Assembly: GCA_015680685.1 (NCBI GenBank)
Contig: MNCI01001305.1
Location: 217,887 to 281,886 of the forward strand
DNA: 64,000 nucleotides
Direction: 5' to 3'
Source of the DNA: Gnetum montanum
Lineage: Eukaryota > Plantae > Gnetophyta
Shown here: positions 27,589-39,359 of the stretch, piece by piece
Position numbering within the stretch: the stretch's first letter is position 1
Layout of the letters: every line of letters begins with the position of its first letter
Notes under the pieces: model-generated
Databases searched by the model: none
The model's input: only the letters and a program-made list of their open reading frames with translations
Told to the model about the DNA's origin: nothing
Made by a program: the position numbers and the translations under genes

Positions 27589-28853
27589 TGAAACACCATA
27601 AAGAAAATTCATGTTGTAACTTGTAACCTTCACCATCCAAATTGAGGTAAAATTTTATTGTAAATGTAACATTTGTAGCCCATGAGCTACGATTTTGCAT
27701 ATTTTAACATTTTGGGGTTGAAAATGCCTTATAATTTGCTATTGCCTCACTTCCCATGTGAAAAAGGTAATGTCATGTCTATGTTTGGGCTTCAAAAGGA
27801 TGAAACTGTATTGGGAACTACCAATTTGGCATTTTTCATGGGTTTTATAGTGGTCATGGCCTTTACTAAGATGGAACTACACACACCCAACATTGAAGTT
27901 GTTGGGTTTTTCATTTTTCCATCAATGGCTAGCATAGTCATCACAATTTCTAGTAGTTGTAGCATGGCCAGTGTAGTCATCAAAAATTCTCAGCAATCTT
28001 CACATGACTAGCATAGTCACCATATTTCCTAGCAAATTTCAACAATTCCATTTTAGCTCTCCAAGGCCAACATAGTTGAGGTGAAGCTAGCGTAGTAACA
28101 AAAGTCTATTTACTACTTATAGTATTTAGTGTGGTTTTGATGGCCTTAGGATGTCAAAACTTGTCATAAATGGAAAACTACACTAAAAATAATTTCCTTC
28201 TACTCCTAAAAATTGCATCAATATGTCAAAAATCATAATAGGAAATTTGCAGCACTAAATTGAACATCAGAAGCCTATTTAAATAAAATTTGAACACTTT
28301 AAAAGGACATTTTTGGCAAATTGGCAATGGGCTAAGCATTGGAGACTCTCAGTGTATTGTCTAGTAGCAAAAATTAAATAATTTAGCCTTGTTTTTGTAC
28401 AACCAATGCATCATATCCACATCTAAGAACCAATGAGGAGTTTTCCAAAGTTGGAGCTTAGAAGCACCTAGATTATACAATCAACTACAAAACACAGACT
28501 ACTGGGTTCACCAAATCTTAGTCACCATTTGGGTAACTCCTTGTGTATCTAGGCATACACTTATATACCTTGAAACTTTGCTCTTATAATATTTTTATTA
28601 TTTTAATAAAAATGAATACTTCATTTATTTGTGCAAGCTTATTCAAAGTTTGAGTTTTATGCTTTTTCTTAGATTAGATTTACATTTTTATTTAACGTTT
28701 TTACACTTGTTAACACTCCTCAAGTCCCTGGGTGATCAACAAGACCATCTAGGATGCTTTGTATCCTCTTCTTAGAGGCCCTTCGGATTCAAAATTAAAA
28801 TATTTGACTAGGTATTTTCAATTTTCTAGCAACTAAATTTTTTAGATGTTACA
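27589..28853 (+). repeat. 3' LTR of element D (1265 bp)
   Basis: The PPT AAAGAGAGACCAA is immediately followed by TGAAACACC, and the LTR ends GATGTTACA. It is an inverted homolog of 30190-31566. Confidence 0.85.
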
Positions 28854-30189
28854 ATGAACTACAAATCTTACATTTTACAATAAAATTCTAGCCTAAAGTT
28901 TAACAGTAAAGATTACAATACCAAAGAGTTGCAACATGAATTTTCTTGATAGTGTTTCATTGGCCTCTTTTTGTCAATGTTTGGAGGATTAACCAAAGAG
29001 ACATCGACAAAGAATATGAAACACCACTACATGTCCATTACCAACATTTCCTCTCTATGCTTGATTTTGTAGTGTTGAACCATGCCAAGGGGTACTTTTG
29101 ATGATGGATAAGGTTATGAAAAGGTGATATAAGTTAAAGGCTATATTTTGGTCATGAGGGAACAATCATAATGTTAAGAATGAGTTCCAAATGTTAACAT
29201 CACAGTTATGGTTATGGCAATAATATTATGGTTAATCAATGTAATCTCTGAACTTCCTACTTCAAAGTGTTGATCATTTGGTAATGTTTTTGAGGAATTG
29301 ACACCTCACTCAAATATTTCTTTAGCCATTAGACTTCTTCCTTTGCTTGTTTGGAACCACTAGTCTATCTTGTGGTCTTCATTGGCCTTTCAACTTCTTG
29401 GCAATTTGTTTCCTCATTTTTTTTTGAGGTGAAACCTTCATTACGTTTCATTACCATAGCTAGGTTTGATTTGGTTTTCCCATTGAATGCGATGTATTAC
29501 ATTCAAAGGACTCATTGGTGGAGCACAATGAAGAAAAATTCATATGCCCATAATGCATGAATGTCAATGTAGGTCATCATTATCCTTTAGGTCAAGGAAG
29601 GTCATGATTAGGCTACAAGACTGGGCTTAAGGAATGGTAATGGAAATGATGTGAAAAAAGCACTCTTGGTACAACAAGACAAATTTACCAAATATTATGC
29701 ATTGAGTTAACAAGGCAACTTATTTTCAAGATGATTTTTACTTCTATAATAACCTCTAGGCTTCATCCTACAAGCACAAATCCAAGAGGAAAAGAAAACA
29801 AGTCAAAGAAAACTTATTGTTACAAGATAATTCATAGGGCCACATGGGATAATCAGTAGACTAGGTCACCATACATTACCATTGTTACAACATAGAGAGA
29901 TTTGTGTAATGCACATTATATTTACAAAGCTTATAGTTCATTAATTATGCAAAATAGAGAGATAGAGATAGATAAAGCATGTGCAAGTTCTCTTATTATT
30001 GGGTGTAAGGGTTGTTAATGTCAAATATTAGTTTGTACCTATAAGAAGACTATGTTAGATGTAATAAGGCTTTAGATAGGAATAATTGACAAGATTGGCC
30101 AATGTATTTTCATCCATGTCTACTACTCTAAAGGCTTCATTACCATAGGCCTTAATGACCAAGAAAGGTCCTTCCTATTTGGATGAGAA
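28854..30189 (-). mobile_element. Element E: Tat-clade fragment (integrase C-terminus, 3' UTR, PPT 28960-28972, first ~105 bp of 3' LTR); basal element of the nest
   Basis: The minus strand reads AAAAAGAGGCCAA-TGAAACAC at 28972-28952. The 3' UTR is an inverted homolog of D 26500-27588, and an integrase tail is present. Confidence 0.8.
30055..30189 (-). pseudogene. Integrase C-terminal GPY/F module of element E
   Basis: FSSK*EGPFLVIKAYGNEAFRVVDMDENTLANLVNYSYLKPYYI* aligns with the B integrase end FSAKWEGSHVVTKAFGNGAFKLADMDDNKFTNPVNDTYHKPYYV*. Confidence 0.85.
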
Positions 30190-31891
30190 TGTAGCACCTA
30201 GAAAATTTGGTTGCCAAAGAACCAAAACTCCCAAGCAATGAACACCTAACCTTGAATCATAAGGGCCTTCAAAAAATAGGATCCAAGATGTCCAGGTTGG
30301 TCTTATCAATAATTGAGGAACTTACAAAGTATAAACAAAAATAAAAATAGGAATAGACTTACAGATTCAAACAAAAATAAATTAACATAGAAAGTAAACT
30401 TTAAAATAAATATATAGTACAAATGAACTAAAAACTTTATTAAATGAAAGTGTAAAGTTCAAATAGTACAGATGGTATGCTCAAATGCACAAGAAGTTGG
30501 CTTGGATGGAACTTGAAGCCTATTGGAGCTAGCAGGATGTCTTATGCAATCGATCTCTATAGTCTAGATACTTCCAATTCTAATCACTTAAAACTCATTA
30601 TTGGTTTGGACTAAAATCTAAACCTTTGGGGTGAAAATGGTGTGAATAATGGTGTTTGACATTGGCAATAGTGGAACTACATTAAGAGTCTTGATTCTCA
30701 GCTAGATTCCAATTACTTCCAAAAGCCTTACAAATGCCAAGAAATGGATGTAAAATGCCTGAAGCTACAAGGGTTGATAGCTTGCTTGGTTACAAAAATG
30801 TTTAGAAACTTAATTTGGTGTTCAAGCTTGGGTTTTATAGGCTTTAGGTTGCTAATTTTAGGCTACAAATTACTATCTTGATTGCTGACAAATCGGTGTC
30901 TATCTGCAAGTGTAATGGCTACAATTACTAATGTATTTGACCATTTCTAATGAGTTTTGATGTACCAAGGTCATCAAAACCAATCAACATACTAAAAATA
31001 GTAAATGAACTTTTGAGACTATGCTAGCCTTCACCCCAACTATGCTGGCCTTGGAAGACTATGCTAATATCTATTGAAATCTGTTGAAATATGATGACTA
31101 CACTAGTCTTGTTGCCACCACCAAAAAATGTTATGACTATGCTGGCCATTGCTAGAAAAATGGAAAACCCAATAATACCAATGTTGACCTTGCAGCTATG
31201 CTAGGCTTTGTGATGACTCCATTAAGTGTTGCTGGGAAAAATGAAAATCCAACACCATCTACACTGAGGGTAGATATTTTTAGTGTAGTTGAGGTTGTGC
31301 CTCCATAAAAACTGATGAAAATGCCAAATTGGGTAGTTCCCAAGGCATCGTTTACCTTTCCAAGCCCATATATAGACATGATCACACTTTTTCCACTTGG
31401 GAAGTAAGGCAATAGTAACTTATGAAGCATTTTTCAACCCCAACAAGTTAAAGTATGCAAGATTGTAGCTCATGGGCTACCAAACTTACATTTTCAATGA
31501 ATTCTTACCTCAAGTTGAATGGTAAAGGTTAGTGGTTACAACATGCATTTTCTAGATGGTGTTTCATTGGCCCCTCTTTGTTGATGTCTGGAGGATTGAC
31601 TGGAGAGACATAAATAGAGAATACAAAACACCATTGTAAGCCCATCACCAATGTTTCCTCTCTTCACTTGATCCTATAGTGTCAAACCATGCCAAAGAGT
31701 GCTTATGATAATGGGATAAGGTTATCATAAGGTGATAACATTTTTAGGTTATGTATGATCATGAGGTTCAACAATGAGTTCCATAAGTTAATATCATGGA
31801 TATGATACGATAATGATACATTGAATAATAAATAAGGTCTTTACACTTCATGCATTGAAGTGTTGGTCACTTGGTAATGTTTTTGAGGAAC
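30190..31891 (-). mobile_element. Element F: Tat-clade 3' end (3' LTR 30190-31566, PPT 31567-31579, 3' UTR)
   Basis: The minus strand reads AAAGAGGGGCCAA-TGAAACACC and the LTR ends ...GGTGCTACA at 30190. It is homologous to the D LTR and the D/E 3' UTRs. Confidence 0.85.
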
Positions 31892-32708
31892 TGATGAATT
31901 AAGGTTTGCTAGGCCCCAATATTGGGTAAATGATATCAGGTACGCGATATCATAGCCTAGATATGATATTGTATACATAATATCATGATTCCTATGTCAA
32001 CCTCTAAATATAGCATTCAAGTGCACAATGAAGGAGTTTTTTGGTAAGTCTTTAGGTCAAGTCTTTTTGTTAGTTTTTAGTTAGCTTTTAGTTCTTTTCC
32101 CAAGTGCATGTCCATTGTGTGATGCTTATAATTGTATAGAACCTTTGTATGAGTGTGACGTACTTGGACACGCACACAATCAACAATAAAGATTGAGATT
32201 ACTCCATCAGTGCAACATTCACTTAGCTTTTAGTTGTTTTAATTGTTAATTATTTATTGTTTTTTTCTTAGTTAATATTTCTTTTATTGTCATTTACGAT
32301 TCTTGTTGTTCACATGGAATGAGTACATATTAATCATGAACATTTAAGTGTAACTACATGGTAACCTAATGGCATAACAAGTAGTGCTTTGAGTAATGTG
32401 CACTTGGTAACCTCAGAAGTAGTACATGAAGTCCAAGATGCATATAGATGATTAAGGATATATGCTCATCACTCTTAGGCTAGCTTAGATTTTATTTCCT
32501 ATTGCTTATTAGCTTAATCAAGTTATTTCTCATTGTCTTTAGGAGTAGCATAGTATTAGAAATCACATCATACACCTCACTTTGGACTAAACCATACGTG
32601 AAAAAGCAAATACTAGTCTAGATGGGAAGATAGCAAACTACGATCAATGTATAACTATCTAGGTTCCATAACAAGTCCATCTATGGAGTTCGATCAGATC
32701 ACACGTAC
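31892..32708 (+). mobile_element. Element G: Athila-type LTR, interrupted near its 3' end by element A
   Basis: It starts TGATGAAT and is an inverted homolog of LTRs 2289-3135 and 4095-5034. Homology to the F/E 3' UTR stops exactly at 31891. Confidence 0.7.
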
Positions 32709-34696
32709 TGAAACACCATAAAATTTCAGGACCCTGATGCTTCAATAGAGTCTTGAAATTTGGGTAAGGATTTCCATAAGTGTAGCATCATGATGAACAA
32801 CGTAGGCACTGGGGGTGGATAGTACAGTCTAGCAAGTTTTCTATCTCCAGGGTTGATGGGCTGGCTGAACTCTCTAGCCTGCCCAACTTGACATTTGACC
32901 TAGTTGATGGTTTACTGAGGGACCATGCTAGGAGCTGCCAAAAGTGTTTAGGATGAGCTAAAAAATTTGGCAAGTTTTCTAATGGAGAAGCCTGCTATGC
33001 TACGTTACACTACATGGCATAGCAAGTCTTGAGGAGACCAATCAAACATCCAGGATGCAAATTGATAACAATTTAGTCCTCTGGAGCAATATGGCATGGC
33101 AGAGTATGGTGAATTCTATTAAAAATCATCTCAATCTGAGTGCTACGTTGTGCTACACTACGCAGCATAACATAACATAGTAAGGATGTACTTCGACAAC
33201 ACTCCTACTTGAATAACTCCAACAAGGTAAAAGTACTTATCCTTGCTTCAACTATTAAATAGGTTTGCTCTGCTAACACACCAGGACATGACAAACATCC
33301 TATGATAAAATTTTTGCACAATGAGTCAAGATTCAGCCAACATTGGGTGTTATGCAGTGTAGCACAGCATAGTAAGGACAAAACGCACAAACGTCCCTCT
33401 GCCAAATGGTTCTAGGAAGGGGATTGTACTTGGCAACACTTCGATCTCCAAAAATGTATGTCCCACTTAGCTCTCAGGTCTCTTGACAAAACATTGCAGA
33501 GTAGACAAGGATGCATGTCATATTGGCTACTACACTGCGCTATGCTACATAGCGTAGCATAGCTTAGCAAGGATGAAAAACAACAAAATGTCCCAAGGAT
33601 GAACTCAGCAAGAAAAACTTCTTTCTAGACTAGCTGTTATACTATGCAATGCTACGCAACATAGCACAGTGTAGCGTATAGCTATTCATGCTACACTAAC
33701 ACGCTAGGTAGCGTAAGTAGTGTAAAACTTGCCTAGAAGTATTAAGATGTCCTCGGTTAGATCCAGAACTTGTTGGCAATGATCATTCTCATCCTAGCAT
33801 CTCTTCAATAGCAAGTTTGCTTCATTTTGCACCCCCCTGAACTATCCCCAAAGTTGTTCCTATGCTTAACCCTACTCACAAGAGTAGGGAAGACATAGTC
33901 CTGGAGCAAAGGCTCCACTTTGCATTCACTATTGGTAGTTTTCTTTACAAGGAACATAGTAGTTCACTGGACTTTAGCACATGCAGAATGAATGGTATGG
34001 TCATAGTATGGTAAGTTTCACATCCAATACTACACAGTAGCACATTTGCATTTTGTGGAAAACCCAGGACACGTGGCATCTAAACCACATTTTTCTCCTA
34101 CACCTGTCCCTATAAATACCCTAATGAACAATGTTCAAAGGGTTGTCTTTTGAAGGATTAGCTTTTTGCATAGTTGGATTGGCTTGGCTTCTGATATGTT
34201 TGGCTTTTGAGCATTTTTGGCATTCTAGCATTTTGGCTTCTTGGCAACTAGTCTTGGCAAGCAGAAGGACTTTGTTAGCAAGCTGTTAACAAGAGTTAAA
34301 GGGTTTGTGACCATACTACTTCATTGTAGGTTGTGCTTGTCCCCACTGCCATCTATTGTATACCTTCTTCATTCAAGCAAAGATTAGATCCCCCGATCTT
34401 GGGGTGGTTCACTTCTCACCTAAGCCTATTTCATTTTGTTTTGTTATTTTCATGTTTTTGCATTATTCTTAATCCATTCACATTTGCCACTTATTGTTCA
34501 ATGCACATATAACATTTTTAATAACCAACATTTACGAAAGGTTATTGTACACCGGTTAAGTCCCTGTCTGATTGACCAAACAATTTAGGGCACCTCATTT
34601 CCATTTCTCTCCAACACGATCCTTGCACAGATCCAGGGTTAGGCTATACCTGGTAACCTCTCAGTGTTCCAGCCATCGATGTTTTTGGTCATTACA
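32709..34696 (+). repeat. 5' LTR of element A (~1990 bp)
   Basis: TG...CA termini, TATAAATA at 34111-34118, and a 3' part homologous to the B LTR end (AAGTCCCTGTCTGATTGACCA). It is followed by the PBS. Confidence 0.88.
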
Positions 34697-34701
34697 ATTT
34701 T

Positions 34702-34718
34702 TGGCACTAGAAGAAGGA
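34702..34718 (+). other. PBS of element A (tRNA-Asn complementary)
   Basis: TGGCACTAGAAGAAGGA lies 5 nt after the LTR end. Plant cytosolic tRNA-Asn ends ...CCCTCCTTCTAGCGCCA. Confidence 0.85.
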
Positions 34719-35052
34719 CCCTTTGTTCCCTTTCTATGTATCACAGGTAATCTTGCATGCTATATATACCCCATCATCTACTAGTGTAGACATGACACCC
34801 TTGTGGTTTTCTACTCACCATGTGGTGCAGACTGGTCGCAACGATGGTTCCTTTGGGACCCAGCAGGACTAAAGCGTCCAACCGATTGCTCACTTTGTAG
34901 TGTTTACTCTATTTACTATCCCACATTACCTGCACCTCGTGTGACGTAGCAAAACACCTAGCATAGCACTCCTGATTAGCATAACAGGTGCCTCCCTAGC
35001 GCACCTAGTTGCATTTTTTCTCTCTTTTATAGTTTTCACCTTACGACGAAAG

Positions 35053-38000
35053 ATGATTCCTATAACCACTATCACCACCACCTCAAATCTAGAGGTTCCC
35101 TACTTGGTCCAATTAGCCTGGTGCTGGCACCACACCAATCCCTTAAACTGTGCCACTTGTCATGAGAACTCTTGGCGTAAGACGCAGAGTGATATGAATT
35201 CCTCTATGAAAAATTCTAAGCGAATCTACCCTTGGACCATCAAGAACTTGAAGACAAATGTAACTTTAAGTTCCTCCACCAAAATGGGAAGGAGTTCATC
35301 CCTACCCCTGATGTCATCATCCCATTGACTGAACAATATCAATGGATCCTAGACCAGTTGATGCGAGTTAGTAGGTCCAGAGAATGGAACACAACATCTC
35401 ATTATGACGAAGCATTCCAAGATAGATAGGAAGACTTGGACTTCCACTCTGAGGGTGGTAGCCAAACCTATGCTACAATCATCCAACCTACTACTGTCTT
35501 TCGATCTAACCCACTCTTTACATGTGTCCCCTTCGTGGTTACCACGACCCCGCCACAACCTACACTTATGTCAGCCATGGGTAGCCATCTCGTACCCTCT
35601 ACATAACAGCAAGGGAGCCTTTCAACTTCATTCCCAGTCACCTTTCCTTCTTAGTCTACCCCAGCAGCATACCCAAAATCAGTCATGGCTATGCTACCAT
35701 ACAGCCACACTTTGCCCATGTCTCAGTCACATTTGAGCTTCACCTCTAGTCCCTCATCTACACCTATCCCATTACTAGTGGCCAACCCAATCTCCAACGT
35801 GTGATGGGCATCAACCACCTCCTACCTATTACACAACCCTCTCAAGTATCATACTATGTGCAACCCCAAGCACACCAGCCTCCACACGTAGTACAACCCA
35901 GCATAGGACTATGGGTTGCCCTACCAACCAAGCAACCTATCAACCCCACAGCCCCACCAACGGCCGCTGCACCAACAGCACCACCCACTGGGTGGTGGAT
36001 GGCCCAAGCAATACCATTCACAGGAGTGGCCACAACATCACCTCCCATAGGCCAAGCCATTGTCCCTACACTGCAACCCCCATCGGCACATATAACAACT
36101 GCTCAAGCATCCCTGCAACCATCTGCAATGTCGCCAAGTATGGATCAAGCTTTTCAACTTATCTAGACCCTCACTAAGAAAATAAAATGCCTCAAAGCTG
36201 CTAGTTTTCATAGAGTATAGGTCATGAACTTTTACCATGATGATCCCATTAGCCTGGCCATTCCCAGGCTTATGGTACCCCTAGGGTACCACTCCCCCAA
36301 TTTACAAAATACAATGGGGAGGGCAATCCCAATGCACATTTGGTAACATTTAGATCTGAATCTCTATTGTTGTAGCAATGGACACACACTATCATCCACA
36401 TCTTTGCCATGTCCTTGATAGGCAAGGCTTTAGACTAGTACCATGCACTCCCATGCACCTCCATCTCAACTTTGGAGGAGCTGTTGAGTTAGTTCGTGAC
36501 CCGTTTCAAGGATAACTTGAAATTGGAGGTCATGCTAGACCAGCTGATGAGTGTCAAACAAGACCCACTAGAGTCTGTGCAAAGATTTATACAGTGGTGG
36601 AGCACCACCTCAAATGAAATACATGAGCCTATCACTGAGGCCCACCTATTGCCCATATTCAAGGGGGTAGTAAACAACTTTATCAAGTCAAAGCTTTACT
36701 ACTTAGCCCCATGCTTCCTTAGTTAAGCCTTCACTTAGACCAAGAGCATCCAAGACACGGCCGAAGGTAACAAAGACCCAGCCTATGTCATGTACAAAAA
36801 TGCACACCTTAAAAAAGACATAGATAAGGGCAAAGCTGCAATAACCATGGTGGCTGCTATGGCCAATGAGACTAAGCCCAATAACAGCAATAATAAAAAG
36901 GTGGTCACAGCACCCACTAACACCACATCTAGCTCAAGTAGCTCTAGTCAACCCTCAACATCAACACCTAAGGTGTCAACCTAGCCTAAGCCCAACTTCA
37001 AGCATAAGGATCGCTCAAAATACATCCCTTTCCCTGTTAAGCCTTCAGAACTTCTGAAGCAACTATTACGAGCTTGGTATATATAGCACAAATGGATGTC
37101 AAAGGAAGTAATTAAATGGCATCAATGGTATTGTGAGCTTCTTAGGAACCCCTCCTTGGCCACCCCCAATGAGCTATCAGTTCCTAAGAACTTTAAGCTG
37201 GAACATTTCTGTGACTATCACCAACTATGTGGTCACAATATGAACTACTGTCTAGTGTTGAAAGATGATATACAACACATGATCGATTAGGGCAAGCTAG
37301 TCCTAGACGAAAGTAGTCCTGTTTTCCTAGAAAACCAGTCAATGCACGTTTACAAAGACCCCCTAAACACCAACAACATGGGGTAAACAATCAACATTAT
37401 TGGCATTGATGGCAACATAGAACCACCACAGCAACAGTTCATGGTGTGTATCCCTTTTTGAAATGTAGCAACCCCTACAACAATAAAAATGATGCCACGG
37501 TAACCATTTGTCCTTAAGGTCCCTCCTCAGACATCCACCCTTGCACCCTTTATGCTCAAAACTACACCGCTTGTGCCAACACCATAGGAACCATTCATTA
37601 TTAAGGTGCCAAAACAACCAAGTGCTTCTACTACACAAAGTCAAGCAACGAAAGCAGTACCACAACCTCCCCATTCGAAAAAATGGGAAGAGCGTTTGAC
37701 GAATAATATGGCTAGGGAACGTATTGCATTAGGTCCCCCTAAGCCTACCCCTTTGTCCTCGATGCCCATGGCCCCCTCATCGTCAACAATTGATAAAACC
37801 ATGCACACACAATTGTCACTGACTAGCCTGAGAAAATACAACCCTCAACCTGAAACTACCCCTCCTCAAGAGATTCATCTCCTAGGACGAATAGAAGAAG
37901 AAAAAGGTAACAAACAAAAGGATGGTAGGTAGGATCTCCTTAACACCCTCACCCAAGTTAAAAAAGCTCTAAAATAGAAAAATACAACTTTGAGCCTATA

Positions 38001-38810
38001 TGACTTGGTAATGACATCCACTACACACCGCGAGGCCATGGTTCGCATGTTAATTTCCATACCAATTGATGAAAACATGCTGGTAGAGGAGAAGGTGATC
38101 CACACTGTTATGCTTCCCTCTATAGCCTAGGAACCATGGCAAACTTAGCTAACATTCCATGATGAGTCCATTAAGGATGATCCTAAAAAGGGTCAGGTGA
38201 TAATGGCACCTATGTTCATCACAATTTGAGTCAGTTAGTACAAGATCCAAAGGGTACACATTGATGACAAGGCCACTACTAATGTCATCCCCTTTCCCAT
38301 AGTGGATAAATTGGGCTTGGTCGATCAAATCAAGCTCACGACAACATCTTGCTTAAAATCATTTAATGGGGTACGTGTGCTAGTAAAAGGAACTGTCCAT
38401 ATTAACTTTCTGGTAGGGGACCAGTTCCCCACAAGTGTAGTGTTCATAGTGATAGCGGAGATGCCTAGGTTCAACCTGATCCTGAGGAGGTCATGGTTGG
38501 CCCAGTTGAGGGCCGTTTCCTCACCAATACACTAGAAAATCCACTTACCCTACGTAGGAGGAGAAGTGGTAATTCATGGCAATGAAGTGGCTCCCCGAGC
38601 CATAAACAATGTAGGAATGGAGTAAGGTTCAAAGATCAAAATCTCTGAAAACCAAACCCCTGTTCAAACTAAAATGCCTGAACAAGTCAAAACTAGTCCA
38701 AACAAAGAAGCAACATGGGCTGAGCTGCCCTTTTAGGTAGTAGATGATGACATAGAGGAGTATCATAACAAAGCCTCCCAGCCATATGCATTACCAAGCC
38801 CATGATGGCT
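35053..38810 (+). pseudogene. gag: Degenerate gag-protease of element A
   Basis: Gag core FTKYNGEGNPNAHLVTF (~36300), Tat/Ogre-type knuckle FCDYHQLCGHNMNYCLVLKDDIQHMI (ORF 37096-37290), and protease IQRVHIDDKATTNVI...FNLILRRSWL (38245-38535). Confidence 0.9.
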
Positions 38811-39004
38811 TAGGAAGTAGCTGCGAGAATGATCGTCATTTGCGTTAGCGTGATTACTCCACTTCTTGCACCATGATTAATGCTTGCATCAATGTAACGT
38901 TCACTATTTACATTGTTTTCTTTGTATTCATTGTTTACGTTAGCGTCCCCCTCATTGTTTACATTGTTTACATTATGTCCATTGTTTGCATCACTAAATG
39001 GTGC

Positions 39005-39190
39005 ACTAAGGCCTAAAACTGGTAATTTTTTTCTTATCACCTTACATAAGGTCCAAAATAACCTAAAACTAGCGAAGGCCCAAAATGGCCTAAGACTAGC
39101 AATGGCCCAAAATGGCCTAAAACTAGCCACGACCTAGAATGGCCTTAAACTACTCATCGCAGCCCACCAAGGCCTAAAACTGGCGACTTT
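39005..39190 (+). repeat. ~23 bp tandem repeat (AAGGCCCAAAATGGCCTAAAACTAGC-like) just downstream of the protease
   Basis: About 6 units. It also produces the repetitive ORFs 38810-39130 and 38913-39137. Confidence 0.8.
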
Positions 39191-39359
39191 ACTACCCCGA
39201 AGCAATAACAAAAAAACATTGATAAAAACAAAAAAAATATAATAAATGAAACACATTAACCAAAATGAAATAAACTATTTCAAATTTATTCTTCATTCAA
39301 TGATTATCAATAATGTTTACAAATCAATCAAATTCAAAGCAAAAAATAAAATTTTGCAT

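Larger units (their letters stand above)
15111..28853 (+). mobile_element. Element D: non-autonomous Tat-clade element (gag-PR retained; RT, RH and INT deleted)
   Basis: The 5' LTR stub 15111-15167 (...ttttctagcaatcaaatattttagatgttaca) matches the end of the 3' LTR (27589-28853). A decayed PBS taacattagaagga lies at ~15173-15186, gag-PR at 16324-~22990 and the PPT at 27576-27588. I recognised no RT or INT motifs. Confidence 0.8.

Noticed and set aside
26480-30050. Large inverted repeat centred near 28 kb as a foldback or DNA transposon
   Set aside because: It is explained by related elements D (+) and E/F (-) in opposite orientation, each with its own PPT-LTR junction.
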